Origin: Zygnema circumcarinatum SAG 698-1b
Lineage: Eukaryota > Plantae > Zygnematophyceae
Direction: 5' to 3'
NCBI GenBank assembly: GCA_037447605.1
Contig: CM074815.1
Span: 2,418,001 to 2,482,000 of the forward strand
DNA: 64,000 nt
Shown here: positions 1-11,192 of the stretch, in pieces
Layout: each line of letters begins with the position of its first letter
How positions within the stretch are numbered: the stretch's first letter is position 1
Program-made: the position numbers and the translations under genes
The notes under the pieces: generated by a model
What the model was told of the DNA's origin: nothing
The model's input: only the letters and a program-made list of their open reading frames with translations
The model's database searches: none

Positions 1-110
1 AAGAATTGCTTCTAAACGAAGCAATAATAGAACTCGTCATTTACGCCATGCAGCTGACATTTTTTTTTGAATGAAATGGAGATAACGGCAAAAGGAGTTC
101 CTGTGTTCAC

Positions 111-650
111 CTCAAAGCAGAATTTCCGCAAGTAAACGCGGAAACCTGTTGTTTTCCCAGATAGCAGCAAAAAACTGTCGCCTCCAACCTTCACTTGAAC
201 ATTCTCTGCAGACTCCAGCTGAGCCATTCCACACACGAAAAACTATTAAAAACCCATACACATGATCGCAGGTACGGGAATCATAAAAAAAAACAAAATA
301 GCTATTGCGGAACACAAATGACAGCAACAAAGTGAACGAAGAGGTGTAGCATGTTCACGAAACCTCCCGTTTCCTAGTTTCCCAGTCAGTACCTTCTCCT
401 TCACCAGCCTTCCAAGTATGTTTGAGAGTAACCCTCCCACTATGCTGAACCCCGGCCCTTCCCCCGCCCTGTCGGAGAAGATCGGCCATAGACTGTACTC
501 AGACTGCGCTGCGATTCGCCCTTCCTCCACATTGTCGCTCAGCGTGACATCTGTCACAGGTATTAACGGCGGCTGAAACTTACTGCCAGTGAGGGCAATC
601 GCTCGAGAGGGAGACTCGGGCAAAGACGTCTGCTCGGTTGGAAGAGGGGA

Positions 651-681
<31 letters not shown>

Positions 682-691
682 NNNNNNNNNN

Positions 692-730
<39 letters not shown>

Positions 731-3219
731 GTGAGGGGATGGAATGTACATGAAAGCAGGAAGTACATGGAACATTGGAAGGAAACAAAGGGGTCCATAG
801 TTCTGTGACGTTTCACAGAACTCAGCTCTAACATCGATTATGAAATAGCAAAGTCAGCTTTGAGGGAATTCCTGCGTTTATATGGCATTCATACAGACGC
901 ATTCCAAAACCATGTGCCATGTTCTATGCAGTTGAATGAGTTGGCCTTGCTGCCTGCACGCGTTTGGGGGTAGGCAAACAAAGACATCTTCAGTGAGATG
1001 GAAGTCAGCTCGCACCTGTACACTTTCAGCCGCCGGCATTTGTAGCAGGCAGTAAAATGACCCCGCTACAAGGCCGATCAGAAACATTAGGCCAAGAACG
1101 AGCCATCGTAGAAAACTATTTTCCGGGCTGCTTTCGGATTCGTCGAAGGCCAATGTAACTGCAACATTTTCCGGATTGGCAGTTACGACCTGCACAATCT
1201 CTGTATCTGGTAGAAGGACTGTTTCGTTCGACTTGCTGACAACATAGTCGCTGGTTTGGGTAGCTGTTCCCCCCTGCAGATTGTAAACACTCGCAGTAGC
1301 CGGCATCCTTTCATCGGTGAGGGTATCTGCTACAATGCTTCCGGAATCAGAATGACTTGAAGTGACTTCCAGTACATTCAATTCTGCTGTTGCATCGTTT
1401 GAATTCGAAACAAGTACTCGCCGAAGTGCAGGCCGTCGAAGGTCGGAATGAATCCTAGACTTGAAAAGTCGTAGCAATTCGGTCCAGAAGAACTTGCCAT
1501 ATTGTGCATCGACGATGGGAGCCATTATTGAGAAGGAATGCCTGTCAAAAGCACAGCAGAAAGAGGAACGGAAACTTCATAAGTTTCTAAACTTGCTATT
1601 TCCATAATTGACAAAGCACCTTAGCACGTTTAAGCTTTTGCTGCATTCTCCTTTCGCATTCTCCTTTTCACTGTCCATCCATCCGCACAAGGCAAAACTG
1701 AACCCTCCTCACCATCGCGCTTCGCTCAAATCTGCCGAAATCTCGCCACTTGATCCGACGGCCCACAGGAGGTCCACTGGTTGCGTGCGCAAGTAAGCGA
1801 TTTCCTTTGTGCCAATTTTCTGCTCAAACCTGTCGTCGCCAAAGGTCACACGATCATGCTATTTAAGTTAGCATGTGCATATGTTTTTTAGTTAGTTAGT
1901 TAGTTAGTTTCACGTGTGTTAGACATGATCTCGAGGATGCAAGCCATGTGAGGAAGAGCCTTAGTTTATCTTTCGCTTTGTACCATACAGAAAAGAGATG
2001 CACAATTAAGCTAAGAATTTGCGATTGAAAATCTTATGTACCAACTAAGTTCATTCTTGCAAAGAACTAACTTTATGTTCTCCCTCGGCGCAATTCATTT
2101 ATTCTCGCTGCAAGTGTTCTTCACAGTCCTTCACACTATGGTCTTTATAAGCTGTTAAAAGCGTCCCTTTCTGCATCGAACTTTCCATACCCGCCTCCAT
2201 TGAGTACATTATCATTCAGTTATGCTTTTCCCCATTGAAATTAAGCATCCTTGACACTTCCTTCTGTAGTTAGGACAGTGGCGTGTTGGAAGGGAGGGGT
2301 GGGGAATTGAGGGAAAGTGAACGAAAAGAGAGGACTCGCACCTTAACGAGATTTTGCCATTTTTGGCTTCTGCAGAAGCTTCCTTCACAATCAACCTGAA
2401 CAGTTCAAACCTAAAAATTAGAACAAGAAGGTCGTCGGTTATGATGTTGAAGTGAAAGCAATTTCATTTAGGGAAAGGCTTAAAAATTCGCGTAAAGTGC
2501 AATCAGTCACAAGGGGGGACAGCTGCCTGAAGTATCTCCCACCTCTCAGCCGGCCTTGTGCATGCACTGCCGCTGCTCTTCAGAGCGACTGTCACAATTC
2601 TAGTTGTGCCACCTGGCAGCTGCTCAAGGATCAGTCCTGAACTGTCTGCCACGTGTTCCCCCGGGGCGAAGATAAGGCCCATCCATCCGCCTGTGCGGGC
2701 TTCCACTGCGAATCGAATGCTGTCATCGGTGTACTGCCAATGGACCGACAACCTGCAAACTCGACGCGGGCTGCTTGCATCAGAGGGGGGCAAGGGAGTG
2801 GCTTCAGGTGGAAAAAGGAGGGAGAGGAAAGGCCAAATGAATATATATATGGGGCACTGAAAGAGCGGAAGAAAAGAGAGAGAGAGAGAGACAGAAGGAG
2901 AGAGTAAGAGAAAGAGAGAGATACAGCGACCCCTGAGCAGCTTGCCAAAGGCCAGATCTAACGCAATTATTGAGCGTTCAGTGCCACAGGTGCAGTGCAT
3001 GGCCATGACCAGCTCTGCCTCCCTCGCTGCGCGCACTCACCTGAAGCTGCCGGTCGCCTCGTGCACGCACTGGAAGCCCTCCAACCACGAGGGGGCGCAT
3101 GGGCTCTCCTTGGCTAAAGTCAACGTTGAATGCCACATGGCAAGGAAAGCAGCCATCACGATACTGCCAGATGGAAGCCTGTGCTTTCCCCGACGAGACA
3201 TTCCCCTCTCGCGCTTCAT
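111..3219 (-). CDS. Signal peptide-DOMON-TM-DUF2993(LmeA-like) membrane protein; 3' end runs off the window start. Exons 3219-3041, 2752-2543, 2395-2342, 1829-1713, 1541-1016, 629-393, 218-111
   Basis: All junctions are GT-AG and phase-compatible (2,2,2,2,0,0). DOMON-like motifs LSVHWQY...IRFAVEARTGGWMGLIF and QPVDLLWAVG...RWH; hydrophobic segment WLVLGLMFLIGLVAGSFYCLL; C-terminal IVGGLLSNILGRLVKEK|LESAENVQVKVGGDSFLLLSGKTTGF matches the two DUF2993-like paralogs at 33-38 kb, including an identical 108-nt exon. Confidence 0.7.
651..729. repeat. Poly-G run flanking a 10-N assembly gap (N at 682-691); intronic in the model above
   Basis: Homopolymer G with Ns seen directly; it produces the spurious poly-Pro ORFs in the track. 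Confidence 0.9.
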
Positions 3220-3699
3220 CCCTGCCTGAGCCCGAGCACTCACAGTGATACACTGAAGCTCACTGCTCCGCAGATCTGGATTCTTTTTTACGAAACCAAC
3301 TTTTTCTACCTGCCTTTCCTCTTTTCTCCACTCCCTCGCCCTCTCACTCCCGCCCTTTCCTGCAATTCCCTAGCTTGTCTTCCCTACTTCCCTCGCTGTC
3401 TTCTCTGTGTTCCTCTTCCTCACCTTCTTCCGTCTTCTCTTTTACTCGTTCTCGTGCTTTTAATTCCCTGTCTCTACTCTTCTCATTTCAAAATCTTCTC
3501 TTCAGGGCGACCTGAAATTTAAGGAACTTGACGGGAAATCTCAATGCCACTGCAGGCGCTCCCGTGATGGAAAATCCGCGCATGCAGCACCTCCGGTGCA
3601 ATGCAGCCTTCCGCCTTTTCCCTTCACCGAGACAGCCAGCACCTCTCTCCCTCCCTCTCTCCCTCCCTGCTGCTTCAGCATAGCCCCTCCACGAGAGCC

Positions 3700-4200
3700 G
3701 AGCCTTCAGCGCTCGCTCGGCTCCCCTTCCGCCTGCTGTCCACGCGTCGCCTGCTCATTGGGCCCAGCCACATCCGCGGCTTCCTCTTCCCGCCTCCCCA
3801 TGGCGTCCGCCACGTCACGTGCCAGCAGGAATGCGCGCGCGCGATGCCGGCTAATGGGAAGGTACCACGTGGCACGGACATTTTTTATCACGCGCGGCCC
3901 TCGGAGATCAGAACGAGTATGTCGCTAGCGTCGTATCGAGGGCCTCCGGACGGTGGAGATGTTGCCACGTGACCATCGATCCTTGCCGCGGGCCGTGTCC
4001 GTCAACGTGTCGCCCGCTCGGAACGGTGTGGTCGACTGGTCGGTGCGCCCTCCCGCGCGCCACGTGGCGCTGTGCGTGCGAATGGGCGCCCTTATCGGCG
4101 CGTGTGGAGCGTCCGATGGCGGTCAACGCGGCGGAGCGCTGACCAGATCGACGGTGGCCACCTCGCCGCAGGCCGCCCTCCACCCTACCTGTTGCCCGCG
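3700..4200. promoter_or_regulatory. GC-rich promoter island with several CACGTG G-boxes, upstream of the DOMON gene (probably bidirectional)
   Basis: High GC/CpG; repeated (c)cacgtg(g) motifs between about 3810 and 4070; same architecture as other gene starts in the window. Confidence 0.5.
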
Positions 4201-6452
4201 GGCCTCCAAAAGCCCAAGAAGCTTCAGGCTTGTCCGTACTTGAAGCTTTCCTTGGAAAGGGCGCAGCATTCCTCTGTCAGTCAGGGGCACTCGAACCTCA
4301 CTCAGGTCCGCGATGAGGGAGGGGGAGCGCACGCGGACTGTGAGGCTGTGCGAAGAAGCTCGCCCTCTCCTTACACCGAGGGGGGTTGACGGGCTGGTGA
4401 GGCCATACTATTTCAGCATCTTAGTGTGTCTCTCTCTTTCACCCCTTATTCCGGTGGATAGAGTAAGCCGGCTGGGGGCTCCCAACATCAGTGGCGGATC
4501 CAGGATTTTTTCCGAGGGGGGCTAAGCCCACTTTCAGCATAAAATACATAAGACAAAGTAAAAAAAAGTTGAATTTTCAAAATCTGAGGGGGGGGGTAAG
4601 CCCTCCCAACTCGTATACGTAGGTCGTCCACGGCCCATCAGTCATGCTGAGCATTTACTGTCTCAACATCTTCGTGAATTTGTTTAGCTAGCCCTCATCC
4701 TCTATCGCTCTCCTTAACGGAGCAGCAGCTGATAGAGGAAATTTAGCCTTTCTTATGCGAGGTTCTGGTGGTGGCACCATGACGCAGGTACATTAGGTTT
4801 AGATAGTAGAACTCCGCACATACTGGTGCCTACTAATCTTCGTTGTCTCGGAGCTCAGAGACAACTTAGCGTGCGTGGAGGCGTCACGTGTAGTGGCGGA
4901 CCTACATCTACGAGTTGGGGGCTTAGCCGTCCTGAGATATTGAAATTCAACTTTTATTTTACTTTATGTTATGTATTTTATGCTGAAAGAGGGCTCAGCC
5001 TCCCCTGAGCAAAGATCCTGGATCCGCCACTGGTCACGTGGCCAGGGGTAGCCCGTGGCATGGTGTTTCTATCCCGCGCTGCACGGTCCTTCCATATAGA
5101 CGTTGCAGGCCACGGGGTGCAGTCGGGTGTACGGAGCTGCTAGACATCGCAATTGGCTGGAGCAACTTATGGCAGGACTGGAAAGGGTGCGAAGTTGCCC
5201 GATGAGTTCTTAGGGTCTTCTGTTCTGGTCTTGGGGCTGGGCCGTGTATTTTTGTAAGCGTCTTAGTCTTGGAATGGATTAAGATAACAATTTTTACTAG
5301 GGTTAGCAGGCTTTCAGTTTGTAGGCTTTGCTATTCCAACGGTGCATGAACAGCATCGCGTGGCGAGGGCGGTTCCGATGCGCTCTCATGAAGTTTCATT
5401 AGTGGAGGAGGAACCTTCTTTCCCGACACCCTTTGAGGCTTGCATGAGTCGTTACGTGGGGAGCTGGTGTTATGATGCTGCAAGAGAATATGGGCAGGGA
5501 TGTGGAAAAATAAAGTGAATTATTTCGTGCTTGAAGTGAGCATTCCCCCATTTGGCAACATTTGGAGGCACGAAAGTGGGGAGAAATGAATGGGAAATAG
5601 GAGAGCAGCGAGCACAGGTTCGACTTCAAGACTTCGTACAGCAACGGAAGCTGTGTACAGTGGAAAGAATGGAGAACGCTTTTCAAAGATCATGAAAATG
5701 ATAGCTAACGTAGTGATTGCCGCAAAGAGAAAGGAAAGTCGGAAGTCGAGGGAAGTCGGTGATTGGAGCAAAAAGGAGCACGTGGATGACAATGAGTGAC
5801 AGTTCCATAGAGACCTTCATGTGCTGCTTTGCTTTTAATTCTTGTCGTAACATTTGCTGACTGATGTATGAGAGGGTTTTGTGTGAGTGTAACGATGCGC
5901 GACTCGCCAGTTTACAGAGGATCAACAAATAAATTTGTGTTCTTCTGCAGAGGTTCCCTTGTTGCCACTAGGGTGTTCCGCTGCTCTCATAAATGATTAC
6001 TTTCACAATTACTTCACGTGTATCTGCGAAGGGAATGAGTTGGAACTGGTGCTGGATGACGGGATGCAAGTGAATGGCAGGACGTGATATGTAACGTTGG
6101 AAGAGAGCATGCCTCAGATAACTGGTAAAAACGGTTCCGCAAGGTCTGAAGAGCCTCAAATCTCCAAAGCAGTCGATGATATGAAACATTTGCACGATAA
6201 ATAGCAGACAATTTTTTGGTAAGCATAAAGAACTCTCCAGGATCAACCAACGATTGGGCAGTTGAGCTAATCCACAAAACTATCTCAGCACGCTTGGATT
6301 ACCTTACGTTTTCACCACGAACAACGCTTCTTACAGCGACGGCCTCATCCATGTTTCTTTCTTCCGTTGCACACTCTGGTGAAGTCATCACTTCTGGTGA
6401 GCACATCAGTAGAAAAAGTCAGCAGACTATTGCCAATAACCCATGGAAATGA
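4070..6452 (+). CDS. Putative multi-exon gene of unknown function (model unresolved)
   Basis: Exon-like blocks with plausible splice sites, e.g. ~5109-5187 ATGCSRVYGAARHRNWLEQLMAGLER and ~5485-5690 RIWAGMWKNKVNYFVLEVSIPPFGNIWRHESGRNEWEIGEQRAQVRLQDFVQQRK; follows a GC island. No family recognised. Confidence 0.3.
4489..4633 (+). mobile_element. hAT-type MITE copy 1 (~145 bp)
   Basis: Starts CAGTGGCGGATCCAGGAT and ends gtaggtcgtccacgg (degenerate TIR); reverse-complement homolog of 4891-5032; degenerate flanks cccaacat/cccatcag. Confidence 0.75.
4891..5032 (-). mobile_element. hAT-type MITE copy 2 (142 bp) with 8-bp target site duplication
   Basis: Imperfect TIRs TAGTGGCGGACCTA ... TGGATCCGCCACTG; perfect 8-bp TSD GTCACGTG at 4883-4890 and 5033-5040 (8-bp TSDs are characteristic of hAT). 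Confidence 0.85.
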
Positions 6453-6579
6453 GGGACCAGAATGCCCTTAGAGATCAAACATTTTAATCGGAGCCCTGAT
6501 CAAACTCCCGGATAGCCCTACTTCGGTATCCGAGCTGTGACGGCTCCTGCCTCGATGGCCTTGATCAATAAAGAGGCAG

Positions 6580-7660
6580 GCGAGCTGTGACTGTAACCGC
6601 GCAACCACGCCGGCGCCACCACCGACACGTTCGGTGGCGAACGTCGCGCGCGGGGGCGTCTGCGGCCTCCTCGCGGGGCCTCGCTCGCGGCCGGCGCCAT
6701 AACCGCCGCGCGAAGCGAAGCCCTCAGTCTTCTTCCAGTCGCCGCCAGGCGGGCGGCCGCCCCCCCGCCATGAGTGCTCCGCGGGGGAGCGGAGGCCGCG
6801 GGCGGTTAGCGGCGGCCTCGCCCTAATGAGCCGCCGCCGCCGCCCGGGCGGCCGGAGCCAATCGGCGCGCTGGCGGGCCACCCGCCCCACGGGCCGACAG
6901 GACATGACGTGGCGCGTCAAAGCGCGGATTCGGCCGGCGACCAACGGCGGCCTTCAAGCCCCAGATAGTGCCAGCTGGCGCGCGGTCGGCCGCGTGGCGG
7001 GGGGCAGGCCCTCTGGGGCTGGTCCCTGTGGGTCCCGCATTGAGTGGCATGCCATGAAATGCCATGAAATGCCATGAAATGCCATGCCATGCCATGCCAT
7101 GCCATACATGCATGCCCATCCCGTCATAATGGCCCTCTCGGCGCGAGTCGCCCTCCCTCCGTCCTCCCGCGCCGGTTCCATGCGCGGTCGGCGCGCGGCA
7201 GTTACGCGCGCGCCCCGGGCCGCCCGCCCGCCCTCCCGCACGTGCGCCGACTCCCAGGTGCCCGCGCGCGGCCGCCCGCCCGTGGTCGGCGGCGCGCCGG
7301 CGGTTCGCGGCCGTACCGTACGGTGCGGGCCGGGCCCTGCGCGCGCGGGCGGGCGGTAACGGCGCGTTAACGCGCGGTGCTGCGTGACATGACGTGACGT
7401 GACGGGGCGCGGCGTAACGGGCGGAAACGGCCCGGGGTGGGGGCCAGTGGGCGCCACGTGCCGGGCGGGCGGGGGGGTGAGCTGGGGGCAGCTGGCGGCT
7501 ACTACCCCCCTCAGGCCGCCTCCGCACAGCCGCAGGGAGCAGCCCGCGGGCCCGCCCCGCCGCGCAGCAAGCCGCGGCGGAGAAAGAGGCGAGGACCGGC
7601 GCTCACCTCCCGGAGGAACTGGAGGCTGAGGAGGAGGACGAAGGGGACTTCGCGCAGACA
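6580..7660. promoter_or_regulatory. GC-rich island upstream of kinase A, with G-box (7455-7460) and a CCAAT motif
   Basis: Very high GC/CpG; the many overlapping Arg/Pro/Ala/Gly ORFs here are compositional artefacts. Confidence 0.5.
7051..7114. repeat. (GCCATGAAAT)3-(GCCAT)5 microsatellite ending in an RY-type CATGCATG
   Basis: Seen directly. Confidence 0.85.
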
Positions 7661-7723
7661 GACAGGCCCGCCACTCGTGGTGTGTGGCGTAAGTAGAGCA
7701 GGTAGTTTCAGAAGTAGGATACC

Positions 7724-9951
7724 ATGGGTGCACCATCACTGCCTCAGCACACGCGCTTCCAATCGGAGTGTAGAGCATACGTGCTGCCCGAGGAAATGAT
7801 GGTGGATCCCGCAGACTATGTGAAATTACCGTATGCGCGGCTGCCAGCGGTTCTTCAGAAACTGAAGACACATATTCTGGGGATTCCTTATAACAATATA
7901 GAGGAGAGGTATATTATTGGTCCTGAACTCGGAGCGGGCCTTGCGGGTGTGATACGCTACTGCGTGGACCGATACACAGGGGAGGCCCTGGCATGCAAGA
8001 CTCTGCCGAAAGGGCAAATGGTTTCTATTGCAGACATAGCCTCTGTGCGCACAGAAGTGCTCGCACTGCGGAGGGCGGGTAATCATCCAGCTGTCGCGGG
8101 TATGCGGGCTGTGGCGGAGGATGAAGAGGTGAGCGGGACACTGAATGCTGGAGGTCTTTCCAATTCAGAATTGTACATTGGTTGTTTTCGCTCAGCTGCG
8201 AACCACTCCTGACATGAACATCCTTGCCTGTATGTGATATCCAGCATGTCCACATTGTCATGGAGCTCGGTGAAGGGGGTGACCTTTTTGACCGCATCCA
8301 GCAGCGCGGCCGGTTCACAGAGCGCAATGCAGCACTTCTGTGTCGTTCGCTTTTCTCTGTTGTCCACTTCTGCCATAGTAAGGGCTTGATGCACCGCGAT
8401 ATCAAGCCGGAAAACATCCTCCTGACATCCTCCCACTCGGACACGTCAATCAAGCTTGTCGACTTTGGACAATCTGTGTTTATCAGACCGGGGATGAAGT
8501 TGACCCATCCCATTGGAACACCGTGAGTACTTCCTATCCTTTTTCCGGGATGCTAAGATGCATTGGCGGTGCTAATACATTGAATGCAGGTCTCTTTAGT
8601 GGAGACGTTTCCTGCTTTTGCTGGTCCATGCGATGGAGCTAGAGTCAGGGGCCACATTTTGTTGTCTGCATTTTCTCGACCTGCAGTCTGTCTTATCAGT
8701 TCTGCCCTTACTTTGCAGGTATTACATTGCTCCCGAAGTCCTGGACTGCTCGTATGGCCTGGAAGCCGACGTATGGAGCTTAGGAGTTGTGCTGTACGTC
8801 CTGCTTTGCGGCGTGCCTCCTTTCTGGGAAGACAGCCAGGAGGAGACCTTTGAAAAGATTCGAACAGCGGCCTTAGACGTAGAAAGTGGACCTTGGAGAG
8901 AGATTTCAAGCGAAGCCAAAGATCTCGTTTCTCGTTTGTTGTGTCGAGATCCTGCAAAACGAATCACCCTCCAGGAGGCAAAAGGTATAGTCCTTTTCTA
9001 AAGTGAGCCTCGACAGGACTTCGATTGGTTCTTTCCTATGTGCAGGCTATTCTGTTACTTTACCAGTTATATGTTGTCTGAACATCGCATGTCATTGTTT
9101 TGCAGTTCATCCGTGGATTCTTCAACACTGCACAAGCGATGTTCTGTTCACAGCGAGCCCAAGAGCCGCCCCTGACGACTTGGCTGCATTGTCGCCTTCC
9201 TCAAAGAGGGCGAGGTGCATTGCCCAGGCAGCCTCGGACATCCCCTCTCTCCTAACCATCAGTCTGCCTTTGGAACTGGCTGAACCTGTCCTTTCGCCGA
9301 CAACGGTACTGGCAGTCAATGATAAAGCATTCCTGGACCCGCGAAGCAATGGCTTACTTGGGATGGACTCATCACGTACATGTGCAGTTGGTGAGTACAT
9401 GCCCTTTTGCCTTAGGGTATTTTGAAAGTTTGAGGCGTCACAGCTTTCTCTGTGATCAATATGATTGAATAGGCATGTTGTTTCTGCTCTCAATCAAGTG
9501 CACATTATATCTTATGGTAAAATGGTGATGCGACGACTTCTGCCTTACTCGGTTTTATTCTTTCGTTTGTTTTTTCAGAGATGAAGAACACGCACAGAGT
9601 GACGGAAAGAGATTGCTACAAGGACCAGATGGGTCTCTCCGCCCTCCATTCAGCGCTGCTTTCGGCCATGATGGTGCAGCCGTGATTCTGTTGAAGGTGA
9701 TGATGCCTGCTCGTCTCCTTTACACGAGAGACGTGCGACTCCAAGATGAGACCCCGCCCCCCCCCCGCCTCCCACTCGTCCGAATGGAGAGAGGGAGGGA
9801 AGGGGGGGGAGGGGTAGGAGCGAGGAGGCTGCTTCACCTTCACAGGATGACCACTTGTACCGCCATGGCTACGAAGCCTATTGATGTAGGCGCTGTTCAC
9901 AGCAGAGACTGCTCAAAGAGGGAGCAGGCCCAGTCTCAAGAGAAGTTTTGA
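7724..9951 (+). CDS. PEPRK-like (EF-hand-less CDPK superfamily) Ser/Thr kinase, copy A. Exons 7724-8128, 8245-8522, 8719-8984, 9106-9390, last exon from ~9579/9581 (frame and stop uncertain)
   Basis: LGAGLAG G-loop, LACK, HRDIKPEN, DFGQ, GTPYYIAPE, DVWSLGV, HPW; phase-consistent GT-AG introns; Ser/Pro-rich tail without EF hands. Confidence 0.9.
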
Positions 9952-11018
9952 TTCGAGCAAGTACATATGTCTATCATTCAATAATCCGTAAGGGTTTTGT
10001 TCTCCCCTGGCTGTCACTGCAAAGAAGCAGTAGAAGCTGTTTCACGCGGTTTTTTAAGAGGAGTAGATCCGCATGAGTTGTGGATTTAGTATAATTATGT
10101 ACATTTAGAATTGGATTTGATGAAGTGAGTTTTATGTTGTCATTTAGATGTGATGTTTCCGAACTTAGAAACCGTTTATAGAGGCTGCTGCCATTCTGCT
10201 GCGTGGAAGGCCGAAGAGGGAGTGTGTTACCCCTTCTGCCTCCTTGGAGCAGGCATGGCAGCAGTGCTGCAGCGTAGTGCTAGCTCCATCCATACCCTCG
10301 TATTCCCAATTATGTATTATCTGCTCGGCTTTAAACTTCTCAACTGGACTTGCGCCATTTTTTACCTTGTCCAATGTGAATCTTCCTTTTCTTTTCACCA
10401 TGCTTTGTCCAATTGCGTTGCCCTAGTTATGTGCATGTGTGCTGGCGTGACGCTTTTGCTTGGATATTTGGCCATACTCCGTGGCCTGCAGCAGTCGGCT
10501 ACGCATGCGGCCATCTATGCATTCAGCCTGCCCCCCATGAGCGAGCATGCATGCCCATCCATGGCCATGGTGCGGGGCCAACCGCCCGCCCGGGACCGCC
10601 GACCGGCGAGCAGGCGGGCGGCGCGGGCCGTACGCCCTCCCCTCTGGCGGCCCGCGTCCGCCCGCCGCCGCCAGCCAGCTGGCGGCCTGAGGGCGCGCCG
10701 GCCCGGCGCGGCGGACCGCGAATCGACGGCGGACGCGCGTCCGTACGACGCGGCGGCGAACCGGCGGAAGTCGGTTTGTACGGATGGCCGGGGGACCGGA
10801 CCAGGGGCGAGGGCCGCCGCAGGGCTCGCGGCCTCGATATGATGTTATGAGATACGATACGATACAGTCGCTGCTTCCGACCACCGCGAGGCCCAGGACC
10901 TGGTCACAAGTCGTGACGTCATCGTACATTTACTGATGGCACTTCCGTACGACTCGCGGGCCATTTCCGTGCGCCAGTTCAACGACCACAGTTACGCTCT
11001 GTAGAACAGGGCCACTAG

Positions 11019-11192
11019 GGGAACCACGAGAAACTAACTGGTCACAAAGGACCTAAGGTCGAAAGAAAAAAGCTCGGAACGGCAAACTACGCCGCTTCAA
11101 GCCCTCCCTCCCTCCCTCGAAGCAGCCGCGAAGGTCGCCGATCGGTGTGCGGCACATCACATCGCACGGAGGGAGGGAGGGAGCGGCGGAAG
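11019..11192 (-). ncRNA. Candidate structured RNA / conserved non-coding element, copy 1
   Basis: Colinear conserved blocks shared with 23924-24073 (GAACCACGA, AACTGGTCACAAAGGACC, AAACTACGCC, GAAGCAGCCGCGAAGGTC, GGCACATC, GAGGGAGCGGCGGAAG); several hairpins are preserved in both copies. Confidence 0.4.

Noticed and set aside
246-834. Poly-proline ORFs suggesting an extensin or formin
   Set aside because: They derive from the poly-G run around an N gap; a good acceptor at 630-631 places the run in an intron.
5575-5650. WEIGEQRAQVRLQDFVQQRKL resembling the photolyase/cryptochrome GE..A..RL..F helix
   Set aside because: The following TS.LSPYL.FG motif and the FAD-binding domain are absent.
6468-7871. 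Long overlapping Arg/Ala/Pro/Gly-rich ORFs (up to 305 aa), and similar ones at 12966-14276, 18702-19670, 27890-29586, 32254-33169 and 59374-60930
   Set aside because: Open in several frames on both strands because stop codons are rare at very high GC; no domain motifs; they coincide with promoter islands.
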